Below, piece after piece: positions 1 through 9,712 of a stretch of 64,000 bases of DNA. This DNA is from a virus (taxonomy: Duplodnaviria > Caudoviricetes): positions 1-64,000 of IMG/VR virus record IMGVR_UViG_3300009095_000014; one strand, given 5' to 3'. The stretch's first letter is position 1. Each line of letters opens with the position of its first letter. The position numbers and the translations under genes were made by a program. Below the pieces are notes generated by a model, which saw nothing but the letters and a program-made list of their open reading frames with translations, did no database searches and had not been told where the DNA came from.

Positions 1-653
1 CACGTTTGATCAAACGTGTCGTAAACCCGAAGCGTGCCATCTTTGATACCGGCGTTGGAACTTTCCCCGCCAAACGTAAAAAGCCTATTGCCCAGTGAGC
101 AGATGAACGTTGAGTAATAACCGTAACTGTCGTGATACGGAAGTACCGTCCATTGGTCGGCTACAGTGTCGTACTTGTAGAAAATCTTTTGGTTATTACT
201 TTCGTTTTGGTCTACTAGCCCACCATAAAGATAAATATCCGTACCGACCGCAGTAGCACATCCCACTAGCGACGCTGTGGGACAATCTGCACCTGTACTG
301 TAGGAGTCCGTGTCTACATCGTAGATGTAGACTTTGCGACTTTCATATCCGCTGACTAACCGAGTAGTACCGCCAATCAAGTAGATCTTACGTCCCACCG
401 CGACGTAACCCGGTTCCATCAGACCAACTGGCAAATTGGCAATGGGTATAAACTCACCGTTGACGTATTTCTTAGCGGCATTAAACGAGTAACCATTGGA
501 GAAATTGCGACCGCCAAATATGTAGGGTACTCCATCGACTGTGACAGCAGCTGCCTGAAGCTGGCTTCCGCTGCTGGGTCCGACCTTTACCCACTGTCGA
601 TTCTCAAAATCAAAACTGCTTTTTACTTGGTGCGAGAGTAACGACTCAATCAT
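1..653 (-). CDS. Kelch-repeat (beta-propeller) protein, partial (runs off the window start); probable virion/receptor-binding accessory protein
   Basis: Not in the ORF track. Manual translation from ATG 653 is open to base 1: MIESLLSHQVK...VPYIFGGRN...KIYLIGGTT...VYIYDVDTDSYST...DIYLYGGLV...FYKYDTVADQWT...RLFTFGGES...LRVYDT. Four hydrophobic-GG...YD...W Kelch blades. Confidence 0.85.
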   Translation of the reverse strand, partial: MIESLLSHQVKSSFDFENRQWVKVGPSSGSQLQAAAVTVDGVPYIFGGRNFSNGYSFNAAKKYVNGEFIPIANLPVGLMEPGYVAVGRKIYLIGGTTRLVSGYESRKVYIYDVDTDSYSTGADCPTASLVGCATAVGTDIYLYGGLVDQNESNNQKIFYKYDTVADQWTVLPYHDSYGYYSTFICSLGNRLFTFGGESSNAGIKDGTLRVYDTFDQT

Positions 654-654
654 T

Positions 655-1287
655 TTATCTACTGTCCTTTTTCCAATAGTGGATTTGAGCAATATCCCCG
701 TGACCGTTGTATTGAGCTACGAACGGAAAGTTAGCTCCGCCGATGCTGATTTCCAACGTGGATGAATGGATGGTGGCGCTGACGTAACTAGCGATAACCA
801 CCTCGTCCAAGTACAACACCAGTGCGCCATCCCGTCGTTCGATCCGACCCTTGTACCACGTGTTTAAAGACAAGATAGGTCCGCCGGTGATGCGATAGGA
901 ATTAGTGTGCGTCCCGTCCGCCGACCAGTAGAATTCCAGTCGACCGTCTTTGACGGCGAGGGCGTAGCTGTAGCCACCCGTTTGCCCGACGGTTTTGGAG
1001 AACAACGGAAACCACGACCGATGACTCCGTACCCGGAACGTAACTTCGATCAGAAAATCATCACCATCCACGTTGAAGTACGCGTCATGGGGAAGTGTCC
1101 ACCACGAGCTTCCATCGAGGTAAAGGAATCGTTTATCGCCTTCTTCTCGAATGGTTGCACTCCCGTACGTGGACTGTATGGGATACCTTCCACTCAGGTC
1201 GTTCTGACCGGTACTGCCAACAGGACCGTTGAAAATCCAACGTATCCCGAACGGGTTCACCGGTTGCATGAGCTGCATCTCAATCAT
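655..1287 (-). CDS. LamG/concanavalin A-like domain protein (putative virion carbohydrate-binding protein)
   Basis: 210 aa; DFLIEVTFR...WYKGRIERRDGALVLYLD...ISIGG...GDIAQI pattern of LamG-like jelly-roll domains; 1-nt gap to next gene. Confidence 0.75.
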   Translation of the reverse strand: MIEMQLMQPVNPFGIRWIFNGPVGSTGQNDLSGRYPIQSTYGSATIREEGDKRFLYLDGSSWWTLPHDAYFNVDGDDFLIEVTFRVRSHRSWFPLFSKTVGQTGGYSYALAVKDGRLEFYWSADGTHTNSYRITGGPILSLNTWYKGRIERRDGALVLYLDEVVIASYVSATIHSSTLEISIGGANFPFVAQYNGHGDIAQIHYWKKDSR

Positions 1288-1296
1288 CGTTACACC

Positions 1297-1983
1297 TCAT
1301 GTCAATTGAAATTTTCCGATGGCTTTATCGTACATCCGCAATCCCGACAGATAGCCCTTGAACCACCAGAAAACGTTCCCCGTACCACCCGTCCGCCTAC
1401 CGATGTGGAAGTCCCGGACAATGGCGTTCTCGACTGGGGCGACGAACTCCGTCGTCTGATGTATCCGGACACCGTTACGGTACGTGGAGGTTACGCCATC
1501 TTTACGGACTATAGCCCAGTGTTCTGACTGTCCGGATAACGCCGACTCCATCAGTGGCGGTACTACTCGGTTAGGGACGGTGGACACGTTGGTTCTCAGC
1601 ACCAGCTGATTATACCCTGCTCCGTAGAACAGGTCGATATTCGACGATCTACCCGGCGCCGCAATTTCGCTCCAGTGTACAATCGGTGCGACCCGTTCAT
1701 TGGCGCTATTCGAGAACTCCTCCAGTTTCACCACCCACTCGACGGTGAAATCGTCACCCAAGGTCAGGTCTTCAAAATGGCTGAAGCTAAGATACGAACT
1801 GGTGTTACCGGGGAAGTAGATTGATCCATCGTTTCCATTCAACACATGCTGATCAGAGACGCTCACTGTCCCTAGGACTGTTGCAACTCGACCCGTAATG
1901 GTTTCAACAATCTGACCACCATTGACCCCGAGGTTAAACACCGGAATGGGCTGGTCAATGTTGATATTGAGTAGTTCGATCAT
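1297..1983 (-). CDS. LamG/concanavalin A-like domain protein
   Basis: 228 aa; DDFTVEWVVK...HWAIVRKDGVTSTYRNG...FHIGR...FKGYLSGLRMYDKA is a typical LamG_3 signature. Confidence 0.8.
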   Translation of the reverse strand: MIELLNINIDQPIPVFNLGVNGGQIVETITGRVATVLGTVSVSDQHVLNGNDGSIYFPGNTSSYLSFSHFEDLTLGDDFTVEWVVKLEEFSNSANERVAPIVHWSEIAAPGRSSNIDLFYGAGYNQLVLRTNVSTVPNRVVPPLMESALSGQSEHWAIVRKDGVTSTYRNGVRIHQTTEFVAPVENAIVRDFHIGRRTGGTGNVFWWFKGYLSGLRMYDKAIGKFQLT

Positions 1984-1995
1984 AGTGAGTACTCT

Positions 1996-2604
1996 TTAAG
2001 GATAGCGAAGCTGCCCTTTGACCAAATTAACTTGCAGGTACTGCCCGTTGAAGTTACCGTCTTTACGCATCGGCAATTCCAATCGGTCTCCAACTGGGAT
2101 CTTCAGCGACACTGAGCGACGATCGAGGGTGTGGTTAAGTGAACCGTTTACCCAGATTTCATGCATGCCGCTGCGTGACTGCCAGACAATGTGGTTGCTT
2201 TGTGGAATTGACAGTAAATGAACCGTCGGTCCAATCCGATACGGTCCAGCGAAGTAAGTGTAAATCGCGTTGCGATAGTACTGTATCTGAAAATAGACCT
2301 CGGACGGCCATGCTCCACAAACGAAAACATTGTTAGAGCTGCCGGAAAAACTACCTTTTATTTCCAATTCCAAATACCAGTCTTCACTGGCGTCCAAGTT
2401 CAAACCATCCGAAAACGTCATGCTCAGCGCACTGATGTTATCCGAAATGATCAGAGATCCCTCTTCAGTAATGGAAGCGTTACCTTCCAAGAGATAATTG
2501 ACCGATCCACTGCTCCATGCAGATCCTTTTACTTTCGCGTGTCTCGGCAGTCCAAAGAAACGTCCGGATTGGACGTTTCCATTGTTCAAGAGGCATTCGA
2601 GCAT
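1996..2604 (-). CDS. Divergent LamG-like domain protein
   Basis: 202 aa; DWYLELEIK...HIVWQSRSGMHEIWVNG...FNGQY; paralog-like to the two neighbours. Confidence 0.6.
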   Translation of the reverse strand: MLECLLNNGNVQSGRFFGLPRHAKVKGSAWSSGSVNYLLEGNASITEEGSLIISDNISALSMTFSDGLNLDASEDWYLELEIKGSFSGSSNNVFVCGAWPSEVYFQIQYYRNAIYTYFAGPYRIGPTVHLLSIPQSNHIVWQSRSGMHEIWVNGSLNHTLDRRSVSLKIPVGDRLELPMRKDGNFNGQYLQVNLVKGQLRYP

Positions 2605-2607
2605 GAT

Positions 2608-3273
2608 TCAGACCTTCTCTAGAACGGGACGCCAGGTGCGTGTATGGTAGGCACCGAGGTATTGATGATGGCTGTAGGCCGAGTGAACACCGTAAAAACC
2701 GCGTTCGACCGGGTAGCCATGCTGACCTTTCTCTTGGCAGATCGTGTAAAGTTGATTGACCGGCGCGACGCCACTCGTGGAGAACCCCAGCTCTTCTTCG
2801 GTGTACTGTGCCAATGACCCAAAGACCAACCCTTCGGTGGATACCGATCCGATCGGGTGGGTGCTGTTGTACGTCAACGGGTAGAAGATTCGGTTGAACT
2901 CCGAATTCTGTAAGGTTACATGGTCGTAGGTTACTGATGGTGCCGGGTGGACACTCGACATATTGGGGTTCGTGGTCTTTAGCAAGCGGACCTTATAGGT
3001 CACCCCGCGCACCTTGATTGTACGATCGCCCGTGACCAGACTCCGTTGTGTCAGCACCTTTTCGTCGACCGAGTTCAATAAGGGCTTCTTGGCGACAAAC
3101 AGGTGTTTGCCATCCAACATCACATTTAACCAGCCGGCATCTTCCATGACTACACCGAAATCAATACCCAGTTCGTCGCGTAGTGTGGCGCTGGTGATGA
3201 AGTCAGTGGACGGCACGAATCCAGCAAACGTATCTTCCGACTTTGACCTACCGAGTTGAAGTAGTTCAAACAT
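2608..3273 (-). CDS. Jumbo-phage virion paralog-family protein
   Basis: 221 aa; GWLNVMLDGKHLFVAKKPL...TIKVRGVTYKVRLL...WRPVLE resembles a multicopy virion protein family of phiKZ-like phages. Confidence 0.6.
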   Translation of the reverse strand: MFELLQLGRSKSEDTFAGFVPSTDFITSATLRDELGIDFGVVMEDAGWLNVMLDGKHLFVAKKPLLNSVDEKVLTQRSLVTGDRTIKVRGVTYKVRLLKTTNPNMSSVHPAPSVTYDHVTLQNSEFNRIFYPLTYNSTHPIGSVSTEGLVFGSLAQYTEEELGFSTSGVAPVNQLYTICQEKGQHGYPVERGFYGVHSAYSHHQYLGAYHTRTWRPVLEKV

Positions 3274-3275
3274 GA

Positions 3276-4343
3276 TTAACCCCCACTAAAAGAAGATGCC
3301 ACCATACTGGCCGCGCCGGCACTCAACACCAGCATCGCACCACCCCCATCAAGGGTCAATCCCGCCCCTCCCTTGACCATAGCCGGTCCAGACGATTCGA
3401 CATTGACCATCGAGCCTTTTGCATTGAAGTTCCCGCCGGCTTCCAGCGACAGGTCGCCGCCTGCTTTAGCCTCGACATTCGACCCTGCCTTGACATTGGC
3501 ATTCGCCCCAGCATCCAGGGTTACATTCGACCCTGCCTTGACATTGGCACTCCCGCCTGCATCGACCGAGAAATCCGCCCCTACCTTGGCGACAAAGTTG
3601 CTACGGGCGGTGACATTCATGTTCTCGCACGAGAAGTTGATGTCCTTTTCAACCGTACCGGTCAGGGTACCGGGGACAACGACGTTGACATCGATCTTCT
3701 TCAGTTCCAGCAGAGTACCGTCGATGTTCTGCATGCGAAAGTGCGTGTTGGCCGAATCGAACAACCAGAGATTACCCTCTTTGTCTGCTCCGGCAGCATC
3801 GTCCTGAATGGTGAAACGTCCGTCCTTGGTGTTGAGCTGAATGTCGTACGCAAACGGCTCGCCGTCAGCCTTGCAGGTCGAAATGGAGATCGCCTTGGCA
3901 TGGCTGGAGAATTCAACAATGTAGCAGGTTTCCAGATCTAGGGTGGTCTTGGTTTCATCGCGGGTGGCGCTGATCGCCCAGACGATGGTTTCCAGCTTGC
4001 GCAGGTGATCGTCCAACCCTAGGGGTCGCCAGTAGAACTGGTTGGTGTCCCCGTAGGTGTAGAGGATCACCCGCTCCCCTCGACGAACATCGGGGGCCGT
4101 GTACCGGTTACTGGATTCGGGCAGCCAAGTCGCAGGAATGGCGATGTCGCTTTCCACCACCCCGGTGTAGGCATTCCCGTCGGCATCGACTCCACTGAAT
4201 TCGATAGGGGTTCGATTGACCGCCAGTTCCCCATCAAGGAACGGCAGGTGCTCATGAGGAACCACTTCAATCTCTTTGGAGCGTAGGGCCTTGTTCTCAG
4301 CCACGGTACCGATGGCAAACGGTCGAAATAATGAAGTAAGCAT
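3276..4343 (-). CDS. Baseplate central spike / tail-tip protein (phiKZ gp164-like, gp5/VgrG-type beta-helix)
   Basis: Start re-called at ATG 4343 (GGAG 6 nt upstream). N-terminal OB-like region (APDVRRGERVILY) and C-terminal 8-residue beta-helix repeats (VKAGSNVTLDAGANANVKAGSNVEAKAGG). Confidence 0.75.
   Translation of the reverse strand: MLTSLFRPFAIGTVAENKALRSKEIEVVPHEHLPFLDGELAVNRTPIEFSGVDADGNAYTGVVESDIAIPATWLPESSNRYTAPDVRRGERVILYTYGDTNQFYWRPLGLDDHLRKLETIVWAISATRDETKTTLDLETCYIVEFSSHAKAISISTCKADGEPFAYDIQLNTKDGRFTIQDDAAGADKEGNLWLFDSANTHFRMQNIDGTLLELKKIDVNVVVPGTLTGTVEKDINFSCENMNVTARSNFVAKVGADFSVDAGGSANVKAGSNVTLDAGANANVKAGSNVEAKAGGDLSLEAGGNFNAKGSMVNVESSGPAMVKGGAGLTLDGGGAMLVLSAGAASMVASSFSGG
3475..3549. 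repeat. 27-nt exact direct repeat (3475-3501, 3523-3549), 48-nt period, inside the spike gene
   Basis: acattcgaccctgccttgacattggca occurs twice; encodes ANVKAGSNV twice. Confidence 0.9.
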
Positions 4344-4407
4344 CTGACTCTCCGTTAAACAAAACTGATCACACCAATGGTACAGACTTCTGGTAGTAGG
4401 TGTTGAC

Positions 4408-6867
4408 ATGCTATTTACTTACGTGTGCTTATTTCGCTGTAAGCGCTTTTCTCTGCGGGGGATCGAGAAGCTGGAAATCTCTCCCACTGTCAAAACCCAA
4501 CTGGTCCTCGGTTCCAACGGTTCGGGTAAATCCAGCTTGCTGGAACTGGGCTTCTCGGTGATGCCGCACAACAAGAAATCCTTCAACCCCGGTGGCTACA
4601 GCATCCGCCACGTACAACATCGTGGCAAACAGTACGAACTCAAGTTTACCTTCGACGGCACCCCGGAACATTCCTTCAAGGTAGACGGGGTAGAACTCAA
4701 CCAAGGCAAGACCGAATCCGTACAGCGTGAACTGGTCAGCGAACACTTCCAGATGACTCAAGAGTTACACAACCTCTTGATCGGTCGCGAGAAGTTCACC
4801 AACATGGCCCCTAACCGGCGCCGTGACTGGATCACCAAGATGAGCGCGGCTGACTTCAACTACGCCCTTGGGATTTACAACAAGGTCAAGAAGGGTGCCC
4901 GTGACGCTGCTGCGGTGGTCAAACACAACATTAACCGGTTGGCGCAGGAAACCTCCAAGCTGCGAAGTCAGGACGAACAGCAGGTGCTGCTGGCCAAGTC
5001 GGAAGAGCTGCGTAATGAACTGCAAGCCCTGATGCAAGAAAGCAACCCGCAACTGGCCCAGCGGTTGAGCCAACTCACCGCTCACGCCCGTGAGCTGTAC
5101 GATGAAGTCAAACCCGCCGCTGCGCAGCTGGCCAGCTACTCGATCGTCACACTGGAGGGGCAGACCTTCACCTCCATCCAAGAGGCTGAAGAGAAACTGC
5201 AAGAGGAGATCCGGGATGCCAGTGAACTGGAAGGGGCGTTGGCGTCGTTGAGCGAGGAGTTTGAAAACGTTGAACAGCAGCTGCGCGAGATCGAGCAGAT
5301 CGAAGGCAAGGACCCGGCTGCGATACGTAAGCGTATCGGTGAACTCGATCAAGCGATTGAACGTGCTCGTGCCAAGTTACCCGCAGGACTTTCCCTAGAG
5401 GACTGCACGGTGACATTGGCTACCCAATCGAAGATCGAAGACCTGATCACCATGCTGGCCGGACTGCGTACCGGCGATCGTTTCGAGGCGGACCAAGTCA
5501 CCTACCACGAGAACATGCTGGATGAATCGCGGCAGAAGATCGAGGCAGTGAATAACCAACTGGCACGAATCGAAACCCGCTTCGAGCACATCCGTAGTTG
5601 TGCGGAGGTCCAGTGTCCGAACTGCTCCACGGCCTTTAAACCGGGCGTGAAGATGGACGAGGAAACCTACCTGAACCAGCAGCAGCGCAAGGGTGAGGAT
5701 TTGCTGATCAAACACCAAGCCAGCCTGCAAACGGCGATGGACTTCCTAGGTGGTTACCGTGAGTATCGGAGCCAACTGAACAAGCTGTATCAGTTCCGCC
5801 AGAGCAACACGCAGTTAGCCGGTCTGTGGAAACTGATCGACAAGGAAGGTGGTTTTGAACGCGGGGTGGTGCTGACGCCGATCTGTCAGGACTTCCTAAA
5901 CGGTTGCGCCGCTGCGGAACACCTGCGCCGGTTTATCCGTGAACAGGACAGCCTGAAGGCAACCCTCTCGGAAATTGACGCCGTCAATGGCAGTAGCAAC
6001 CTTATCCGCGAACGATTTGAGAAGATCGAGCAGAAGATCCGAGGCGTCAGCGAACGCTTGACCGAAAAACGAGCACGCATCCAGAAGCTCAAGCAAGTGG
6101 TCGGTACTAACCGCAACTACGATCAGCAGCTGGAGAAGTTCAATAACACACTGACGACATTGAAGAAGGTCTTGGATGAGTGTACGGAGGCCCACCGTCA
6201 AGCGGAGCTGAGTGAGCTGATCAAGCGTAACCAGATCAGTCTGGCCATGATCGAAAGTACCCTGACTGAGAACGAAGTGCAGGAAGGGATCATCAAGGAC
6301 ATCCAGAACGAGATCGACCGGATGACCGTGCAAGAGACCGCCTATCGTCATTTGATGGACATGCTCTCGCCGACAGACGGTCTGATTGCCGAACAGATCG
6401 GGGTGTTTATCGATTCGATTGTGGACCGCATGAACCGCAACATCAACCGCATCTGGGGATACAACCTCACGGTGATGGGTTGTGATGCGGGAAACGGGGA
6501 TCTGGATTATCGTTTCCCGATGTACGCAGTGGCCAAGGAGAACATGATCAACGACGTCAGCGAAGGGTCCGAGTCCCAAGTGGATATCGTCAACCAAGCG
6601 TTCCGTCTGGTGGTTTACAAGTTCTTCCGGCTGCATGGTTACCCGCTGTACATCGACGAACTGGGTAGCTCCTTCGATGAAGTGCACCGTCACAACCTCG
6701 TTCCGGCCATCAAGGAACTGATCGAGGATGACCTGTTCAGCCAAGTGCTGATCATCTCGCACTACACCGACGGTCAAGGGTCGTACCCGAATGCTCAGCA
6801 GATCGTATTGGACCCATCTCACCTCAGTATTAAGGTGGACCGCAACGACCATGTCACTATTTCCTAA
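4408..6867 (+). CDS. sbcC: SbcC/Rad50-like SMC ATPase (phiKZ gp165-like)
   Basis: 819 aa; Walker A GSNGSGKSS, long coiled coil, central CPNC zinc hook, degenerate signature VSEGSESQ, Walker B LYIDE, D-loop SFD. Confidence 0.92.
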   Translation: MLFTYVCLFRCKRFSLRGIEKLEISPTVKTQLVLGSNGSGKSSLLELGFSVMPHNKKSFNPGGYSIRHVQHRGKQYELKFTFDGTPEHSFKVDGVELNQGKTESVQRELVSEHFQMTQELHNLLIGREKFTNMAPNRRRDWITKMSAADFNYALGIYNKVKKGARDAAAVVKHNINRLAQETSKLRSQDEQQVLLAKSEELRNELQALMQESNPQLAQRLSQLTAHARELYDEVKPAAAQLASYSIVTLEGQTFTSIQEAEEKLQEEIRDASELEGALASLSEEFENVEQQLREIEQIEGKDPAAIRKRIGELDQAIERARAKLPAGLSLEDCTVTLATQSKIEDLITMLAGLRTGDRFEADQVTYHENMLDESRQKIEAVNNQLARIETRFEHIRSCAEVQCPNCSTAFKPGVKMDEETYLNQQQRKGEDLLIKHQASLQTAMDFLGGYREYRSQLNKLYQFRQSNTQLAGLWKLIDKEGGFERGVVLTPICQDFLNGCAAAEHLRRFIREQDSLKATLSEIDAVNGSSNLIRERFEKIEQKIRGVSERLTEKRARIQKLKQVVGTNRNYDQQLEKFNNTLTTLKKVLDECTEAHRQAELSELIKRNQISLAMIESTLTENEVQEGIIKDIQNEIDRMTVQETAYRHLMDMLSPTDGLIAEQIGVFIDSIVDRMNRNINRIWGYNLTVMGCDAGNGDLDYRFPMYAVAKENMINDVSEGSESQVDIVNQAFRLVVYKFFRLHGYPLYIDELGSSFDEVHRHNLVPAIKELIEDDLFSQVLIISHYTDGQGSYPNAQQIVLDPSHLSIKVDRNDHVTIS

Positions 6868-6879
6868 CAGGAGGCCCGT

Positions 6880-7242
6880 ATGGACCCCATGCTCGAAGCC
6901 ATCGCGGATCGCATCATCGATGTCATAGGCGCACCCCGCTACGCCATTCTGGAATCCTTCTGCCGTAATAAGGAAGAGATCCTCAAGGCCGGTGGTCTGA
7001 TGCTGATGCACCTGCAAAAGAACAATGACGTTCCACTGGCAGAGAACATCTACATCAACGCCATCAAGATGATCAGTCACGAGGTGCCCCGAGGCGATCA
7101 GGAGCTGCGCGAGAAGGCGTATGAGATCCTCACCGCCTTGGACATCCCGGAAGTGCAGTACAAGTTCGTCTACCGGTGTCTGTTCGAGAAGGACGGTCTG
7201 TCGGGGAACTACATCCGCATCTTCCGCTACACCTTGACCTAA
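6880..7242 (+). CDS. Hypothetical protein
   Basis: 120 aa, AGGAGG RBS, phage-like codon usage. Confidence 0.75.
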   Translation: MDPMLEAIADRIIDVIGAPRYAILESFCRNKEEILKAGGLMLMHLQKNNDVPLAENIYINAIKMISHEVPRGDQELREKAYEILTALDIPEVQYKFVYRCLFEKDGLSGNYIRIFRYTLT

Positions 7243-7245
7243 GCG

Positions 7246-7280
7246 GCATACAGGGAGGGCCTCGTGCCCTCCCTGTATGC
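7246..7280. terminator. Bidirectional hairpin, CATA...TATG family
   Basis: Perfect 15-bp inverted repeat gcatacagggagggc / gccctccctgtatgc with 5-nt loop, between convergent genes. Confidence 0.8.
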
Positions 7281-7282
7281 TG

Positions 7283-7897
7283 TTACGGGATTTGCACCAC
7301 GCCATGTTCGATCAGCAGCCGTTCCAGCAACAGAATCTGATCCTGTTGCTGGCGTACCAGTTGCTCCAGTTCCAATGCAGTGGCCCGATCGGTATCGCGC
7401 AATCGGACAGCAGCTTGCCGAGCACTGGTCAGCTGGCGGTGACGATCATAGGTGATCGTCCCACGCATCGGCGCCCGTGCAATGTTCACCTGTGGCTCGA
7501 CCCCGATGTAATCGGAGATCACCGCACTGACCTTGGCTTCCAACAGCGCAGTGTTGTAGGTGTCCGGGAAGGGACCCAGTGACGCCGAAACGATCAGGTG
7601 ACTGTACGGAATGGCATCAACCCGAGGGACCGAGACGATGTACGTATCGGGCACGTAGATGATCTGGCCGTCGTCACTACGCAAGGTAATGATCATCGCC
7701 CCTTCATCGATGTCCGACCGGTACTCAGCATCCCCCAATCCGACCGGGGTGTAGATCAACCCGATGGGGTTGTCTTCCAGTTTGCGTACGTCATCCAATG
7801 AACGGATGGCGTCGACCCAGTAGTCCTTATTCTCCGCCCGCCAAGGTTCGCGCAGGACGAACCGGCCTTCGGCATTCAGATCAGGCGTTACACGCAT
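7283..7897 (-). CDS. Conserved phiKZ-like hypothetical (probable virion) protein
   Basis: 204 aa, GAGGAG RBS, co-oriented with upstream 439-aa gene. Confidence 0.65.
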   Translation of the reverse strand: MRVTPDLNAEGRFVLREPWRAENKDYWVDAIRSLDDVRKLEDNPIGLIYTPVGLGDAEYRSDIDEGAMIITLRSDDGQIIYVPDTYIVSVPRVDAIPYSHLIVSASLGPFPDTYNTALLEAKVSAVISDYIGVEPQVNIARAPMRGTITYDRHRQLTSARQAAVRLRDTDRATALELEQLVRQQQDQILLLERLLIEHGVVQIP

Positions 7898-7911
7898 GCT
7901 CTAACTCCTCG

Positions 7912-9231
7912 TTACGGATACAGGGTCGGGTCGATCACGCTAAAGCGCAGCGCCACCAGGTAGTTGACGGTGTCGAAGCTACGGGCTAGGTAGTAGACGT
8001 CGTCACGCTTGACACGGGTGTAGCCGACCGGGATGGAACTGAACGGAGTCAGCTCTTCGGCGATGCGCAGCATGTCGGTGAGCATCAGGATAAAGTCACG
8101 CGTCTTGGGCGACATGCGCATGAATTCCGGCGACGTCGAAGCCACCACAAAGTAGTCTTGGAACTTCTCATTGAAGCGGAAGACACCGTCGGTGTTGCTC
8201 GGACTGGCGGCGGTCACCAGAGGGATGCTGCGATAAGTGGTGTTGACGATCACCAAGTTGTCGGCCAGCCATTCGGGCGTGTAACCGGTACCTTTGATCA
8301 TGGCGTTACCCAACCGCTTGGCATCCTTAATCGGTACGGCCGGCGAGAACATGCCAGTGGCGAGGGTACGGTTCGGGATCGAGAAGTGCTCCCACATCGG
8401 CACCATGACGTATTCGGTCGAACGGAAGATCTCCGGGAACAACACGCCCCATTCATCTTTGTTGCGATCGCTGTTGGCCACTAGGTATTCGATGATCTGT
8501 TCCTTGATGGTGTCAAGGTTATCACCACTGACCCCATAGAGCACGGTGGCCCAGTCGGTACTGATCTTGATTTCCGGGTTGTTGGGGTTGACCCATTCGA
8601 AGCGGTCGATGCGCACACGGGTGTACGGGTGACCGGCAGTGGCACGTTCGACCCGCTCCATGATGGTGGAGAGGGTAATCGCATCCAGTTGGGTCTTGAT
8701 GGTGTTGTAGTTACCGAAGAAGTTGATGACCGGCTCGATCGGCGGCAGGACGATGGTTTCGAAACCGTCGTACTGGCCGAGAAACGCCGAGCTGGAGAAC
8801 CACAGCTTGATGCTGTTCTCTTCACGGTCGATGATGCTGAATTCAATGTACTCCGGGCAGAACTTACCCGAGGCAAACGGGACCAGCGCGCCGTAGCGCA
8901 GCAGCTCGTAGACACCGCCATGCGTGTTGTGGAACAGGGTGTTGAAGCCGCTCCCTTGACCGTTGATCAAACCGGCGTTGGCTTGGGTGTAGACCCAGTG
9001 ACCGATCTGCAACGCAGCATAAACGTCCGCCGCCTGCGGCACGACTTCGATTTCGTTCTCCTTGCTCCAGAACGACGTCAGTGCCACCCCAGAGAAGTCC
9101 TGGTGGGCGTGCGACGTCTTTTCACGAGCATAGGTGTAACCCTTGGAACTCAGCTCACCGATGGGGGCTGTCATCCCCGGCTCATTGTTGACCAAGCCAG
9201 GGATTTGCACAAAACCTTTAAGCGTATACAT
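7912..9231 (-). CDS. Conserved phiKZ-like virion structural protein
   Basis: 439 aa; N-terminus MYTLKGF...NN..G..APIGELS resembles a conserved Chimalliviridae virion protein; GGAG RBS. Confidence 0.65.
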   Translation of the reverse strand: MYTLKGFVQIPGLVNNEPGMTAPIGELSSKGYTYAREKTSHAHQDFSGVALTSFWSKENEIEVVPQAADVYAALQIGHWVYTQANAGLINGQGSGFNTLFHNTHGGVYELLRYGALVPFASGKFCPEYIEFSIIDREENSIKLWFSSSAFLGQYDGFETIVLPPIEPVINFFGNYNTIKTQLDAITLSTIMERVERATAGHPYTRVRIDRFEWVNPNNPEIKISTDWATVLYGVSGDNLDTIKEQIIEYLVANSDRNKDEWGVLFPEIFRSTEYVMVPMWEHFSIPNRTLATGMFSPAVPIKDAKRLGNAMIKGTGYTPEWLADNLVIVNTTYRSIPLVTAASPSNTDGVFRFNEKFQDYFVVASTSPEFMRMSPKTRDFILMLTDMLRIAEELTPFSSIPVGYTRVKRDDVYYLARSFDTVNYLVALRFSVIDPTLYP

Positions 9232-9324
9232 AAGTGCATCTCCGCAAGCGCCAAAGGTATGAAGGCTTTAGCGCCTGTTGTTGTTGAGGGGTATAAACAT
9301 ACCATTTTACCAGGAGTCGAACCC

Positions 9325-9708
9325 GTGGGATTGATCAAGATTGTCACCGCGCTCCTGCCCTTCATTAAAGAGCTGCTCACTGGAAATAAGGAAGCTAGAG
9401 CGTTTGTCAATAACAACAAGATCGTTCTTACGCTATCTTCGATAAACTTAGCGATCTTCGCTATGTTTCTCTTTGCCTACAATGTTGCGCGTGATGCCGA
9501 GTTTCGGCTCATGGAAGTGGTGATCCAACGCGATCAGTACGAGCGGCGTTACCAGATTAATGAAGAGTATTACAGGACCCGTTACGAAGACCAGCTCGAA
9601 ATCTTTGCCGACTCACTGAAGGTGAAGGATGAGCAAATCGCGTTTTACAAATCGATCATCGAGAGCCATCAGTCCACGTGCCTGCTGCCCCGTGAGTCGT
9701 CTCGTTAA
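9325..9708 (+). CDS. Membrane-anchored coiled-coil protein
   Basis: Start re-called at GTG 9325 (AGGAG upstream): MGLIKIVTALLPFIKELL...TM (LSSINLAIFAMFLFAYNVA)...coiled coil...late Cys; 127 aa. Confidence 0.6.
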   Translation: MGLIKIVTALLPFIKELLTGNKEARAFVNNNKIVLTLSSINLAIFAMFLFAYNVARDAEFRLMEVVIQRDQYERRYQINEEYYRTRYEDQLEIFADSLKVKDEQIAFYKSIIESHQSTCLLPRESSR

Positions 9709-9712
9709 AAAC

